Shown here: piece after piece, positions 9,118-19,295 of the stretch
Numbering within the stretch: the stretch's first letter is position 1
Layout of the letters: each line of letters begins with the position of its first letter
Assembly: GCA_964526635.1 (NCBI GenBank)
Contig: CAZGLR010000003.1
Location: 8,186-72,185 of the forward strand
DNA: 64,000 bases
Direction: 5' to 3'
DNA from: an uncultured Ignavibacteriales bacterium
Lineage (GTDB): Bacteria > Zixibacteria > MSB-5A5 > GN15 > JAAZOE01
The notes under the pieces: generated by a model
Database searches by the model: none
What the model was told of the DNA's origin: nothing
The model's input: the letters and a program-made list of their open reading frames with translations, nothing else
Program-made: the position numbers and the translations under genes

Positions 9118-11873
9118 TCACTTCCGCGGACATAAAACGCCTGGGGAAAAAAACTGCCCTCGATCGGTTTATCGCAGTGCAATGCAATAACGACCCGGAC
9201 GTACTGATCGGCTATATCAACACTGCACTAAACGATTTGCTCAATACCGATCTGGCGGCGGCCAGGAAATTACTCCAGCCGATACAGCGCATTTTTGGTC
9301 ACTTATCGGAAGACAATCTGGGCCGCCTTCGCGCTATCGAGGCCCGGCTGGAGCATCGCTGTGGACGAAGCAAACAGGCGGTAAAAAAATATACCGAGGC
9401 AATAACGCATTTAACCCGTGTCCGCAACTACGATAGCGCCGCTCGGGCTAAAATCGGCCTTATGGATGCCTACATGTATCTGGGGCAATACACCGACGCC
9501 CTGGACGTCGGGAAAAAAGCCCTGATATATTTTCGGCGCAAAGACGATATTCGGGCCGCCCGGGTGATGACCAACATCGGCAATGTGTATCATCGGCTGG
9601 ACCGCAATAATTTGGCCCTGCGGTACTACGAACGGGCACGACGGTGGTTTGAAAAGGACGGCGGCATTGCCCTGGCGATTGTCGATTACAATCGAGCCAA
9701 TATATACGCCAATCTCAATCAACTCGATCGGGCTGAAAAGCTGTATCGCCAGGCGGCACAGTTGTACCGACAGCACAATCTCGATCTCGCCGCGGTCAAA
9801 GTCGAGTATTCGCTGGCCTATACCTATTTTCTCCAGGGAAAGTATAGTCATTCCCTGACTGTCTTTGAGCGCGTCCTTGAATCATTTTCGACTCTGGGTG
9901 ATGACAATTCGGCCAATACCACCCGTCTTGACCTTGCCGAAATAAACAATCAGTTGAACCAGTACAGTATTGCAGCGTCGCTTGGCACTCAGGCCCTGGA
10001 CCATTTTCGCAAAACCGGCTTGAGGTACGAAGAGGCCAAAACCTGCTTCTTTATGGCCGAGGCGATGATCGGCATGGGTGACGTCCGTGAAGTCAGCCAT
10101 TACCTGCGCAAGGCCGGATCATTGTTCGATCGGGAACGGAACACGCTCTGGCTGGGCATGATCGAACTGCTGCGATGCCGTCTTCAACTGCATCGGCGCC
10201 GTTTTGCGGAAGCCTTAAAGACAGCGACTCGTGCCCGCGCGTATTTCCATCAAAGCGGCGACAAACGGCGCGGGCGTGATGTGGATATCCTGAGGCTGCA
10301 GGCGGCGATCGCCGCGGGCGCCTCGCCGCAGACAATAATTTCCGGCAAACGCCTCCTGAAGAAAAATCTGGTGGCTTCTCAACAGTATCGTGTCCTGGAT
10401 GCACTGGGGCAGTATCATATGAAAAAACAGGATCCTGAAACTGCGTATGATTACTATTCACGGGCTGTTGATGTCATCGAGCACATGCTGTCGGAACTGG
10501 CTGTAGATGAAACTCAGTTTTTCTTCGCCGCCGACAAATACGGCACATATCTCAATGCCACCGACTGCCTTCTGCGGCTGAATCGACCGCAGGATGCCTT
10601 TATGCAGCATTCCCGGGCACTGTCGATGTTGAACCAAAAAAAGTATTCATCGGGAATTATGCGCGATAAAATCCCCGGGCATCTGCTGGAAAAGCACGAT
10701 CAGCTGAGAGCACGGCTCAAGCAGTTAAATCGCCCGCCGGATACAATGACACGCAGTCTGGCGACGGTTTCGCAACAACATGATCTTGAGCAGCAGTTGT
10801 GGGCGACTGAAAGACGGATGCGGGCGTATGTAATTCCGGAGATTGACAGGCCGGGACCAGGCGCATTGAAACTATCTGATTATGCGGCTTGTCTCGCCGA
10901 CAACGATGCTCTGGTTACATTTATTGGTGATGAAAGCAAGCTCGGCGCGTTCATTGTCAGACCTTCAGGCATCAGATATGTTCACTTGCCGTCATCGTCT
11001 CCCCGCCTCCGGTCGATCGTACGGGAACTGCAGTTTCTCATGGAGAAAAGCGTCTATTCAGGAACGTCGGGAGCACAAACCCGGGCGGGGATCGACGGCT
11101 ATCTGGCGCGGCTCAAGGACATTCTTATCGAACCGCTGGAGTTGGGTGATGATATCGAGCGGGTGATCTTTCTGGTCGATGGTATCTTTGCGCAATTGCC
11201 GTATTCGGCGATTTATGATGATTATCACGGCCGCTTGTGTCAAAGATTTACCATCAACCTGATCACCAATCCCCTTGATTTAAAAAATCACAGCGGGACG
11301 ACGCTGCATTTGAATACGAAACGCTGGGCCGTCTTTGCGGCGTCATCGCCCGGATTGCCGATGGTTGAGTCAGAGGGAAACTCAATTGCCGGTCTCCATT
11401 CGCGTTCAGTACTGTTTTCGGGCGAACGAGCCACCTGCCGACAATTGCGGCAAGAACTGGGCGGCAATAATGGCGCTGTACATATTGCAGCTCACGCGTC
11501 GCGGGCCTCGGAAAATCCGTTGTTTTCGCGTATCTTATTAAACGATGGGCCGTTTTTCCCCTTCGACCTGTTCGAGGCCGGGGTAACAGCCGATGTGGTC
11601 AGTTTATCTGGTTGTCAGACTGCGGCTCCCGGTATATATTATGGTAACTCGTTTAGTCTGGCCAAAGTATTTTATCAGAGTGGAGCGCGCTTTGTCCTGG
11701 CGTCTCTCTGGTCCGTATCAGATAAACTGAGTTCAGCCTTTATGATCAGGTTCTATACAGCACTCAGTGAAGGTGGAGATGTCACCAGTGCATATACGGC
11801 GGCGATGAATGAAATTAGAATGCACAATTCCAATCCGGCCTGTTGGAGCCCCTATATACTCCTTGGTTTGTAG
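9114..11873 (+). CDS. TPR-CHAT (caspase-like) protease
   Basis: Long TPR array followed by a CHAT domain with both catalytic motifs, VHIAAHA (His) and LSGCQT (Cys), plus 'LASLWSVSD' and 'NPACWSPYILLG'. No signal peptide. Confidence 0.93.
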   Translation: MITSADIKRLGKKTALDRFIAVQCNNDPDVLIGYINTALNDLLNTDLAAARKLLQPIQRIFGHLSEDNLGRLRAIEARLEHRCGRSKQAVKKYTEAITHLTRVRNYDSAARAKIGLMDAYMYLGQYTDALDVGKKALIYFRRKDDIRAARVMTNIGNVYHRLDRNNLALRYYERARRWFEKDGGIALAIVDYNRANIYANLNQLDRAEKLYRQAAQLYRQHNLDLAAVKVEYSLAYTYFLQGKYSHSLTVFERVLESFSTLGDDNSANTTRLDLAEINNQLNQYSIAASLGTQALDHFRKTGLRYEEAKTCFFMAEAMIGMGDVREVSHYLRKAGSLFDRERNTLWLGMIELLRCRLQLHRRRFAEALKTATRARAYFHQSGDKRRGRDVDILRLQAAIAAGASPQTIISGKRLLKKNLVASQQYRVLDALGQYHMKKQDPETAYDYYSRAVDVIEHMLSELAVDETQFFFAADKYGTYLNATDCLLRLNRPQDAFMQHSRALSMLNQKKYSSGIMRDKIPGHLLEKHDQLRARLKQLNRPPDTMTRSLATVSQQHDLEQQLWATERRMRAYVIPEIDRPGPGALKLSDYAACLADNDALVTFIGDESKLGAFIVRPSGIRYVHLPSSSPRLRSIVRELQFLMEKSVYSGTSGAQTRAGIDGYLARLKDILIEPLELGDDIERVIFLVDGIFAQLPYSAIYDDYHGRLCQRFTINLITNPLDLKNHSGTTLHLNTKRWAVFAASSPGLPMVESEGNSIAGLHSRSVLFSGERATCRQLRQELGGNNGAVHIAAHASRASENPLFSRILLNDGPFFPFDLFEAGVTADVVSLSGCQTAAPGIYYGNSFSLAKVFYQSGARFVLASLWSVSDKLSSAFMIRFYTALSEGGDVTSAYTAAMNEIRMHNSNPACWSPYILLGL

Positions 11874-11893
11874 GTAATGCGAGGTGTATCACT

Positions 11894-13327
11894 ATGACTA
11901 CCAAATTTAATATTCTCATTTTTGTCGTGGTGGCTGCATGTGTTGTGAACACAGCAGGCTTCGCGCGAGAAAATCCTGTAACGGGACAAGCCATCGCGCG
12001 GCTGATTGCATCGTCAGATCCTGACAGCCTCGAGGGAACACTCGACGAATTCGGAGCCGAATTTGTCGACAGTATTGTCACGGAAAATTTCTACCTGATT
12101 GATTTCCCGCCCGAAGTCCCGATCGAACAGATCCTCCAGGCATTGCAGAACAACCCGCATGTCGATTTTGCCGAACCCAATTTTGAGTTGGAATTGCCGG
12201 AAACTTTCCAGATCAGTATTTCGTTTCCCGACGACAATCCCCCGCCCCATGTCTCGGGCATCAGTCCGCCGGAATTTTACGGACAGCCGGCAATGTACTC
12301 GATAGGCGTGGATTCGGCACAATTGCTGTCAGAGGGCAGCGGCATGCATGTGGCAATAATTGATAATGGCCTTGATTTTTCACATCCGCTATTCGCTGGC
12401 GCCCTGGGCGGTCCCGGCTTCGATTATCTGGATAATGATGACAATGCCGGTGAGGACACCGGCGCAGTCTATGGTCATGGCACATTTGTTGCCGGGTTGA
12501 CCGTCCTGACCGCTCCCGGCTGCCAGATTACGCCCCTGCGGGCATTCAATGGCGACGGGTACGGCACCAGCTTTGCCGTGGCACAATCGATTATCCATGC
12601 GATTGACCACGGTATGGATATTATAAACATGAGTTTCGGGCTTTTCGAATACAGCCAGATGATCGCGGCAACCTGCAGCAGCGCGGTCGATGCCGGAATT
12701 ATTCTGGTGGCGGCGGCCGGCAACGGCGGCTCCGATCAGCCGGCCTATCCGGCAGCGCTGCCTGGCGTTATAGCAGTATCGGCGGTTGATACGACTGAAT
12801 TGCTGGCGGCTTTTTCAAACTACGGCGATCATATCGACATATGCGCACCGGGGGTTGATCTTTACAGTGCTCTGGCCGGTGAATTCGAATGGGGTACCTG
12901 GAGCGGGACGTCGTTTGCAGCCCCTATCGTCAGCGGCGTTTGTGCTCTGGCCCAGGCGGTTAATGGCAGCTTTTCGCCCTATGAGATGGAAGCACATCTT
13001 CGGCAAACAGCGTCGATAGATCTGGCCTGGGGGACGATTGACCCGCCGAGTACATTTTATGGCCATGGTTTACTGGACGCCTATTCAGCGACTTTGAACG
13101 CTTCAAATACTGTCACCCAGACCGATTGTGGCGACATCAACGGCGACGAACAGGTCAACACCGGCGATGTGATCTTCCTTATTTCTCATATATTCGGAGG
13201 TGGTCCGGGACCGGAGCCCCCGGCACAGGGCGATGTCAACTGTGATTTGATGCTCAACGTCAGTGATCCGGTGCATCTGATCGGATATATTTTCAGGGGT
13301 GGTCCCGATCCGTGTTGTGCTGAATAA
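11894..13327 (+). CDS. Secreted S8 subtilase with C-terminal dockerin-like domain
   Basis: Signal peptide; catalytic triad motifs IIDNG, HGTFVAG, GTSFAAP; C-terminal CGDINGDEQVNTGDVIFLI...GDVNCD...CC. Confidence 0.92.
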   Translation: MTTKFNILIFVVVAACVVNTAGFARENPVTGQAIARLIASSDPDSLEGTLDEFGAEFVDSIVTENFYLIDFPPEVPIEQILQALQNNPHVDFAEPNFELELPETFQISISFPDDNPPPHVSGISPPEFYGQPAMYSIGVDSAQLLSEGSGMHVAIIDNGLDFSHPLFAGALGGPGFDYLDNDDNAGEDTGAVYGHGTFVAGLTVLTAPGCQITPLRAFNGDGYGTSFAVAQSIIHAIDHGMDIINMSFGLFEYSQMIAATCSSAVDAGIILVAAAGNGGSDQPAYPAALPGVIAVSAVDTTELLAAFSNYGDHIDICAPGVDLYSALAGEFEWGTWSGTSFAAPIVSGVCALAQAVNGSFSPYEMEAHLRQTASIDLAWGTIDPPSTFYGHGLLDAYSATLNASNTVTQTDCGDINGDEQVNTGDVIFLISHIFGGGPGPEPPAQGDVNCDLMLNVSDPVHLIGYIFRGGPDPCCAE

Positions 13328-13348
13328 ATCCACCTGCCGTAAATAAAT

Positions 13349-13376
13349 GGTATTTTAGGGGCATTTTTTAGACACC
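13349..13376 (+). promoter_or_regulatory. Putative ECF promoter, copy 2 (GGTATTTT-N16-CACC)
   Basis: Exact motif and spacing, located just after the subtilase stop codon. Confidence 0.55.
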
Positions 13377-13420
13377 ATTCTGTGGATTGCCATTACGTGG
13401 CACTCTCTGACTATTAAGTG

Positions 13421-13452
13421 AGAGGCGAGATTTTTTCTCGTCTCTTTTTTTT
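13421..13452 (+). terminator. Intrinsic terminator
   Basis: AGAGGCGAGA / TCTCGTCTCT stem followed by a T run. Confidence 0.75.
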
Positions 13453-13525
13453 GTCTGTGCCAAGCCGGCTTACGGAGGCTATTGATCAGACTTAGGCATA
13501 AAACTCTCAAGAAATTAGGATTTTG

Positions 13526-13557
13526 GGTATTTTTTCCGGTTGTCCCTCACACCTGTA
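13526..13557 (+). promoter_or_regulatory. Putative ECF promoter, copy 3 (GGTATTTT-N16-CACC-TGTA)
   Basis: Exact motif, about 150 nt upstream of the ATG at 13707. Confidence 0.65.
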
Positions 13558-13706
13558 TATGATTGTACACCTTATTAGTACATTACCGCACATAAGATGA
13601 CCGGGCCATCCTGGACCTGACCGGCCCGGTCATCACAAGAAAACTATGAAACTAAAATATAACAGACACCTGGAACATTCAGTCTCTCAAACATAGGAGG
13701 ATTAAC

Positions 13707-14168
13707 ATGAAAAGGCTGTTAGCCTTAATTGCCATGCTCGGACTTCTGGCGGCTCCCGTTTTCGCCGATGATTGTATTGAAATCGATTTTGAGGCGGAAC
13801 CCGATATTAACGTCGGCGTTGTTTACTTCTTTTTCGGTGAAGTCATCAATTGCAGCGATGAAGCCGGTGAAGTGTTTTTCTCGCTGACGCTTGAATTCGA
13901 AGGCATGAGCTATGATCTGCCGGAGTTCAGCGTTTATATGGGTGCGGGTGAAACCGTCAGCCGATCGTTCCCATTTGTCATCCCCCCGATTTTCCCGGAG
14001 GGTGAAGTCACCATCACCGTTACTGCCACCAAGGGTGAGGCCACTGACACCGAGACGATTTATCTCACCGTCGTGCACCCGAATAGCGGCGACGCCATAC
14101 CCCGCAAGGGTGACATTCCCAACCGGCTGGAAAGCGAAACTGCCACAAGTAACGCCGGCAGCAAGTAA
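13707..14168 (+). CDS. Small secreted acidic protein with a probable Ig-like fold
   Basis: RBS AGGGAGG; signal peptide MKRLLALIAMLGLLAAPVFA; alternating beta-strand pattern; two Cys. Confidence 0.8.
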   Translation: MKRLLALIAMLGLLAAPVFADDCIEIDFEAEPDINVGVVYFFFGEVINCSDEAGEVFFSLTLEFEGMSYDLPEFSVYMGAGETVSRSFPFVIPPIFPEGEVTITVTATKGEATDTETIYLTVVHPNSGDAIPRKGDIPNRLESETATSNAGSK

Positions 14169-14204
14169 ACGATACTAACCGTATTTTCTCTCGTGCTTAT
14201 GCAG

Positions 14205-14242
14205 AAACGGGACAGACGCCTCTCCGGCGTTGTCCCGTTTTT
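14205..14242 (+). terminator. Intrinsic terminator-like hairpin
   Basis: AAACGGGACA-GACGCC / GGCGT-TGTCCCGTTT followed by TT. Confidence 0.65.
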
Positions 14243-14262
14243 AAACGTATCCGGAGCATCTC

Positions 14263-16611
14263 ATGAAACAATATTATGCCCTACTGACGCTTTGTGTTTG
14301 TGTACTGGCCGGCCTGTGCCCGGCACTGGATCTTCAGTTTACCGTTTCCGGCGAAGCTCCCGGTGATCAGCTCGGCGATGCTGTCACGGCAGTTGATTTC
14401 AATGGCGACGGATACGATGATATCGTCATCGGCGCGCCCGCTTCGGATGCCAATGGAACCTCTTCGGGTAAAGTATATCTCTATCTCGGCGGCCCCGGCG
14501 CTGATGATATCGCGGATTTTGAATTCGTAGGTCCCGATGGCTCGTTTTTCGGCGCGGCTATTGCCGCCGCCGGTGATTTCAATAATGACACCTATCCCGA
14601 TTTAATCATCGGCGCACCATATTATTCGGCCATCGCCACCCGGGCGGGGGCTGCCTTTATTTACTTCGGAGGACCATCGGCTGATACCACGGCCGACCTG
14701 GTGTTATTTGGCGGAACCAGTCTGGATTATTATGGTACAGCCGTAGCCGGTGGATTTGACTTCAATGGCGACACTATTGATGATATCGCAATAGGTGCAT
14801 ATAAAGCCGAATATGATACTCTTGACGATGCCGGACTGGTAGCGGTGCACCTGGGTTCGGCGGCGGTTGACACGGTCGCGGATATTATCCTGACCGGCGG
14901 CGCCGATGGCGAACGCTTTGGCTTTGCCCTGACCGGCGGCAATTTCAATGGTGACGCCTTTGATGATATCGCAGTCGGTGCCTACAGTTATGACGACTGG
15001 ACTATAAACCTGGGACGGGTATATCTATTCAACGGCGGTGCGACACCTGATTCAATCTATGATTTTGCTGTTGGTGGCGAAGCCCAGGGATCCAGTTTCG
15101 GATATAGCGTAGCTGCTGGCGACGTCAATAATGATACCTATGATGATCTTCTTGTCGGTGCTCAGGCGTTTATCATCGGCCAGGCGGCGGCCGGCAAAAT
15201 ATATTTGTTTGAGGGCAGTGTGTCTATGGACACTCTTGCCGATTTTTCCTATACCCGAGGCATCGCCGATCCGGATAATCTCGGTTTCGATGTATCTACC
15301 GGAGTTGATATTACCGGTGACGCTATTGATGATTTCTGGGCGGGGTACCCGGGCGGCGACGGCGGTATCCTGTTTGAGAGCAGCAGTTACGTCATCGATA
15401 CCACCCTCGGCGGATCATCGGGCGAAAATTTTGGCCACGCCGCCGGGCTGGCCAGGGGCTTTTTTGGCAATCAAAAACAGGCCGTAGCAGTCGGTGCCCA
15501 CGCCTATGATAGTTTCCGCGGCCGCACCTATTTTTATCTTCGGGATAACTCCAGTGGCGCCAATCAGCCGCCGGTACTGGATCCGATTGGACCACAAGAG
15601 GTTGTCGAAGGAAACACTTTAGACTTCACAGTAACTGCCTCGGATCCCGACGGCGCCGATCCGGCACTGTCGGCCTCACTGCCACTGCCCGATGGCGCTT
15701 TTTTTAACGAAGCCACCGGTATCTTCGACTGGACCCCGGATACCACTCAGGCCGGCATATATAATGTTACGTTTTTTGCCGACGACGGTATCGACCGAGA
15801 TTCAGAAATCGTCACCATAACTGTCATAAATTATACCGGCGAAAACCTTCCCCCGGTCCTTGACCCGATTGGTCCCAAAGCGATCGCTGAGTTATTGCAT
15901 TTAAGTTTTACTGTCACAGCCTCGGATCCCGATGGCCCGACTCCGGCACTTTCTACCTCCCTCCCGCTGCCCGATGGCGCCACCTTCAATACCGGCAGCG
16001 GCGTATTCAGCTGGATCCCCGATACTACGCAGGCCGGCGTCTATGAAGTGACGTTTTATGCCGATGATGGCCAGGTCAAAGATTCTGAAATAGTGACGAT
16101 TACTGTCACCAATAATACCAACATACCGCCGGAGCTAAATCCGATTGGCGGTAAAACCATTGACGTCGACAGTACCTTAAATTTTGACGTGACGGCCTCT
16201 GACCCCGACGGTCCTACCCCGATGATTTTTGCCTCGACCCTGCCCGCTGGGGCGACTTTATCGAGCAATGGCGATGGCTCGCGGACATTTAACTGGATAC
16301 CTGACTCGACACAAGCGGGATCACATAGTGTGACGTTTTACGCCTTCGATGGTCAGCTTACTGATAGCGAGCTGGTGGTAATTCAGGTGATTGGTCCGAT
16401 AGTGTGTGGCGATGCCAACAGCGACTACACGGTCAATGTCGGCGATCCGGTATTTCTGATCAATTATGTTTTCAAGGGCGGGCCGGCAGCGGTACCCTTG
16501 TGTCGGTCGGATGCTAATGGCGACACGTTTGTAAACGTCGGCGATGCGGTGGCATTGATCAATTTTGTCTTCTCTGGTGGCCCGGCCCCGGTGGAACCGT
16601 GTTGTCCATAG
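14263..16611 (+). CDS. Secreted FG-GAP (integrin-alpha-like) propeller protein with three Ig/cadherin-like repeats and a dockerin-like tail
   Basis: Repeated DFNGDGYDDIVIGAP-type motifs; three 'NxPPxLxPIG...TASDPDG...LPxGA...FxWxPD' units; C-terminal CGDANSD...CCP. Confidence 0.9.
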   Translation: MKQYYALLTLCVCVLAGLCPALDLQFTVSGEAPGDQLGDAVTAVDFNGDGYDDIVIGAPASDANGTSSGKVYLYLGGPGADDIADFEFVGPDGSFFGAAIAAAGDFNNDTYPDLIIGAPYYSAIATRAGAAFIYFGGPSADTTADLVLFGGTSLDYYGTAVAGGFDFNGDTIDDIAIGAYKAEYDTLDDAGLVAVHLGSAAVDTVADIILTGGADGERFGFALTGGNFNGDAFDDIAVGAYSYDDWTINLGRVYLFNGGATPDSIYDFAVGGEAQGSSFGYSVAAGDVNNDTYDDLLVGAQAFIIGQAAAGKIYLFEGSVSMDTLADFSYTRGIADPDNLGFDVSTGVDITGDAIDDFWAGYPGGDGGILFESSSYVIDTTLGGSSGENFGHAAGLARGFFGNQKQAVAVGAHAYDSFRGRTYFYLRDNSSGANQPPVLDPIGPQEVVEGNTLDFTVTASDPDGADPALSASLPLPDGAFFNEATGIFDWTPDTTQAGIYNVTFFADDGIDRDSEIVTITVINYTGENLPPVLDPIGPKAIAELLHLSFTVTASDPDGPTPALSTSLPLPDGATFNTGSGVFSWIPDTTQAGVYEVTFYADDGQVKDSEIVTITVTNNTNIPPELNPIGGKTIDVDSTLNFDVTASDPDGPTPMIFASTLPAGATLSSNGDGSRTFNWIPDSTQAGSHSVTFYAFDGQLTDSELVVIQVIGPIVCGDANSDYTVNVGDPVFLINYVFKGGPAAVPLCRSDANGDTFVNVGDAVALINFVFSGGPAPVEPCCP

Positions 16612-16712
16612 TGTAGTGATCATTCTCGTTTTAGTTTAATTGTTAGTGGCTGACAGCCTCCGGGGTGTCATGCGATAATTCTTTCACCTTTTTTAATAAT
16701 TCTGAATTATCA

Positions 16713-16744
16713 GGTATTTTTTTCATTCGTATTTCGCACCCTAT
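16713..16744 (+). promoter_or_regulatory. Putative ECF promoter, copy 4 (GGTATTTT-N16-CACC-CTAT)
   Basis: Exact motif, about 210 nt upstream of the ATG at 16951. Confidence 0.65.
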
Positions 16745-16950
16745 ATATGACAAGGGGGAGAAGACACTGCCATATTGTAGGGGTTTCGATGATTCTGTGC
16801 CTTCGCCGCTATACAACTCGGCTCGCTCGCACATATAAAAGCATGTATTTATCACATCTGAATGACATGATCGTCCCCCCATAATTGTCATCAGGTGCGC
16901 ACAAACCCACTGACTTACTACCTTTTTCAGTTTTTCATAGGAGATACAGT

Positions 16951-18831
16951 ATGAAGAAGCATAATTCCGTCTCACGTATCATTCTTTACAGCCTATTAGC
17001 TCTGGCCCTTACCGCCTCGATCAGTCTATGGGTCGGCTGTAGTGAAGAAAGCGGTATTGCCGATGTATCCAGCCAGTCCAATCAACTGACCCTGCTCAAC
17101 GAGGAAAATCCCCGGGTGCAGGCGGTCACACGCATTCAGGATTTGTCGACCGAAGCATTATTCTCACATCCCGACGTGGTTGGAACCGGGACAGGTCTTG
17201 ACGACAACGGCAACCCCACAGTAGTCGTTTATACGACCGAGGAGGTCACCCAGTACGGAAGCATGAGTGTCGAGCAGCTGCAAACCTCCAAAGCTCTGGG
17301 TGCGATTCCCGAATCGATTGAAGGACTGCCGGTGAAAGTGAAAGTGACCGGCAAATTTGTCGTTTACGCCGATCCCACGGCCCGCTTCAGCCGACCGGTA
17401 CCGATTGGCGTGTCAACCGGCCATCCTGATATCACCGCCGGCACAATCGGCTGCCGCGTAATTGACGGTTCAGGCAATGTCTATGCCCTGAGTAATAATC
17501 ATGTCTATGCCAATATCAACTCCGCCAGCATCGGCGACAATGTACTCCAGCCCGGTCCGACCGACGGGGGTACCGATCCGGCGGATGCTATTGGCACGCT
17601 CTATGATTATGAGTATATCGAAATGGGGGGGGCGTACAACTACATCGACGCCGCTATTGCCGCAGTAACAACTTCAACGGTTGGCTATTCGACGCCATCG
17701 GGCGATGGCTACGGCACACCCAGTTCGTCTATCAAGTCGGCCACCATTGGCATGAAAGTCCAGAAGTATGGCCGTACCACCGGCTGGACTTTCGGCGAAG
17801 TAGCCGAATTAAACGTGACGGTCAATGTCTGCTATGTGCCGCGCGGTCCATTCAGCTGCGCCGAGTACGCAACCATGACTGATCAGATCGGTATCACCCC
17901 GGGAACATTCAGTGCCGGTGGTGACTCCGGATCTCTTATCGTTACTGATGATGGAAATAAGAACCCGGTGGGGCTTCTTTTTGCGGGTAGCTCGGATCGC
18001 ACTCTGGCAAATCGTATTGATCTGGTTCTGAACCGCTTTAATGTGACAGTCGATGATGGCAGTGGCGGCGGACCGACCAACAATCCGCCGACAGCCGACT
18101 TCACCTATACAACTTCGGAGTTGACGGCGTATTTCACTGATCAGAGCACCGATTCCGACGGCAGTATCGCGTCCTGGAATTGGAACTTCGGTGATGGCTC
18201 AACCTCGACCGCCCAGAATCCGTCGCACACCTATGGTACCGATGGTACCTATACGGTTTCGCTGACGGTTACTGATAACGACGGTGCGACCGATAACACC
18301 TCACAAAGTGTGACTGTCTCCGGCAGCACCACCAATAATCCGCCGACAGCCGACTTCACCTACACGACTTCGGATCTGACGGCGTATTTCACTGATCAGA
18401 GTACTGATTCCGACGGCAGTATCGCGTCCTGGAATTGGAACTTCGGTGATGGCTCTTCATCAACCGCACAGAATCCGTCGCATGCCTATGGTACCGATGG
18501 CACCTATACGGTTTCGTTGACAGTTACTGATAACGACGGTGCGACTGATAATACCTCGCAGAGTGTGACTGTCTCCAGCGGCGGCACCGGCGGTATTACC
18601 CTCTCGGTGGTTGGCTATAAGGTTCGCGGTGTCAAGCATGCTGATCTCACCTGGAGCGGTGCTGACGGAACCGATGTGGAAATCTATCGCGATGGCACAT
18701 TGATTGCGACGACGACCAATGATGGTTCCTACACCGACAATTCCGGTCAGCGTGGTGGCGGATCGTTCACCTACAAAGTATGTGAAATCGGCGGTTCGGT
18801 CTGTTCGAATCAGGTAACGGTGACTTATTAA
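16951..18831 (+). CDS. Secreted (probably lipoprotein) trypsin-like serine protease with prodomain and two PKD domains
   Basis: RBS AGGAG; hydrophobic leader ending in WVGC; triad motifs LSNNHV, IDAA, GDSGS; two 'WNWNFGDG' PKD units. Confidence 0.88.
   Translation: MKKHNSVSRIILYSLLALALTASISLWVGCSEESGIADVSSQSNQLTLLNEENPRVQAVTRIQDLSTEALFSHPDVVGTGTGLDDNGNPTVVVYTTEEVTQYGSMSVEQLQTSKALGAIPESIEGLPVKVKVTGKFVVYADPTARFSRPVPIGVSTGHPDITAGTIGCRVIDGSGNVYALSNNHVYANINSASIGDNVLQPGPTDGGTDPADAIGTLYDYEYIEMGGAYNYIDAAIAAVTTSTVGYSTPSGDGYGTPSSSIKSATIGMKVQKYGRTTGWTFGEVAELNVTVNVCYVPRGPFSCAEYATMTDQIGITPGTFSAGGDSGSLIVTDDGNKNPVGLLFAGSSDRTLANRIDLVLNRFNVTVDDGSGGGPTNNPPTADFTYTTSELTAYFTDQSTDSDGSIASWNWNFGDGSTSTAQNPSHTYGTDGTYTVSLTVTDNDGATDNTSQSVTVSGSTTNNPPTADFTYTTSDLTAYFTDQSTDSDGSIASWNWNFGDGSSSTAQNPSHAYGTDGTYTVSLTVTDNDGATDNTSQSVTVSSGGTGGITLSVVGYKVRGVKHADLTWSGADGTDVEIYRDGTLIATTTNDGSYTDNSGQRGGGSFTYKVCEIGGSVCSNQVTVTY
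18076..18576 (+). repeat. Near-identical tandem duplication with a 255-bp period, encoding two PKD domains
   Basis: accaa(c/t)aatccgccgacagccgacttcacc starts at 18076 and 18331; differences are mostly synonymous. Confidence 0.9.
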
Positions 18832-18868
18832 CCGGAATCTGAAGTCCAAAAGTACTTTTTGATAGATT

Positions 18869-18903
18869 CACGAGCCCCTATATTGTGGGGGCTCGTGTTT
18901 TTT
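18869..18903 (+). terminator. Intrinsic terminator
   Basis: CACGAGCCCC / GGGGCTCGTG stem followed by TTTTTT. Confidence 0.8.
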
Positions 18904-18917
18904 ATGGGTGACTTATT

Positions 18918-19139
18918 ATGCCAAAAAGAGATATCGCAATTGTCCTCAGTGAACACACGCCGAAGTTACTGACCTTACCGGGTGTGGTCGGGACAGGCGT
19001 GGGATCATCAGATGGGACGCCATGCATTTCCGTGTTTGTGCATGAATTGACTGATGATATCCATGGTGCAATACCGACCGAGATCGAGGGGCACCCGGTG
19101 ATCATTACCGAAACCGGCCAGTTCCGCGCCGGATTATAA
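18918..19139 (+). CDS. Stand-alone homologue of the upstream protease prodomain (putative inhibitor)
   Basis: PGVVGTGVG...AIPTEIEGHPVIITETGQF aligns with PDVVGTGTG...AIPESIEGLPVKVKVTGKF of the 16951 protein. Confidence 0.75.
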   Translation: MPKRDIAIVLSEHTPKLLTLPGVVGTGVGSSDGTPCISVFVHELTDDIHGAIPTEIEGHPVIITETGQFRAGL

Positions 19140-19295
19140 CTGCCCATACCCGAATCAATCTGCACCGTACTCGCCATTTCGCTGAAAAAATTATCCATTT
19201 TCAGACAAAGGCTTATCCAAAATATATCGGGTCCCGCCTGTTCATCTGACGATATTAATTTATTCACGACTTTTTTGCAGTCGGCAATAAATATA

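Noticed and set aside
9114..11873. CHAT as part of a type III-E CRISPR (Craspase) locus
   Set aside because: No cas genes or repeat-spacer array seen in the window.
14180..14207. CGTATTTT as another sigma promoter
   Set aside because: No CACC/GACC at the 16-17 nt spacing.
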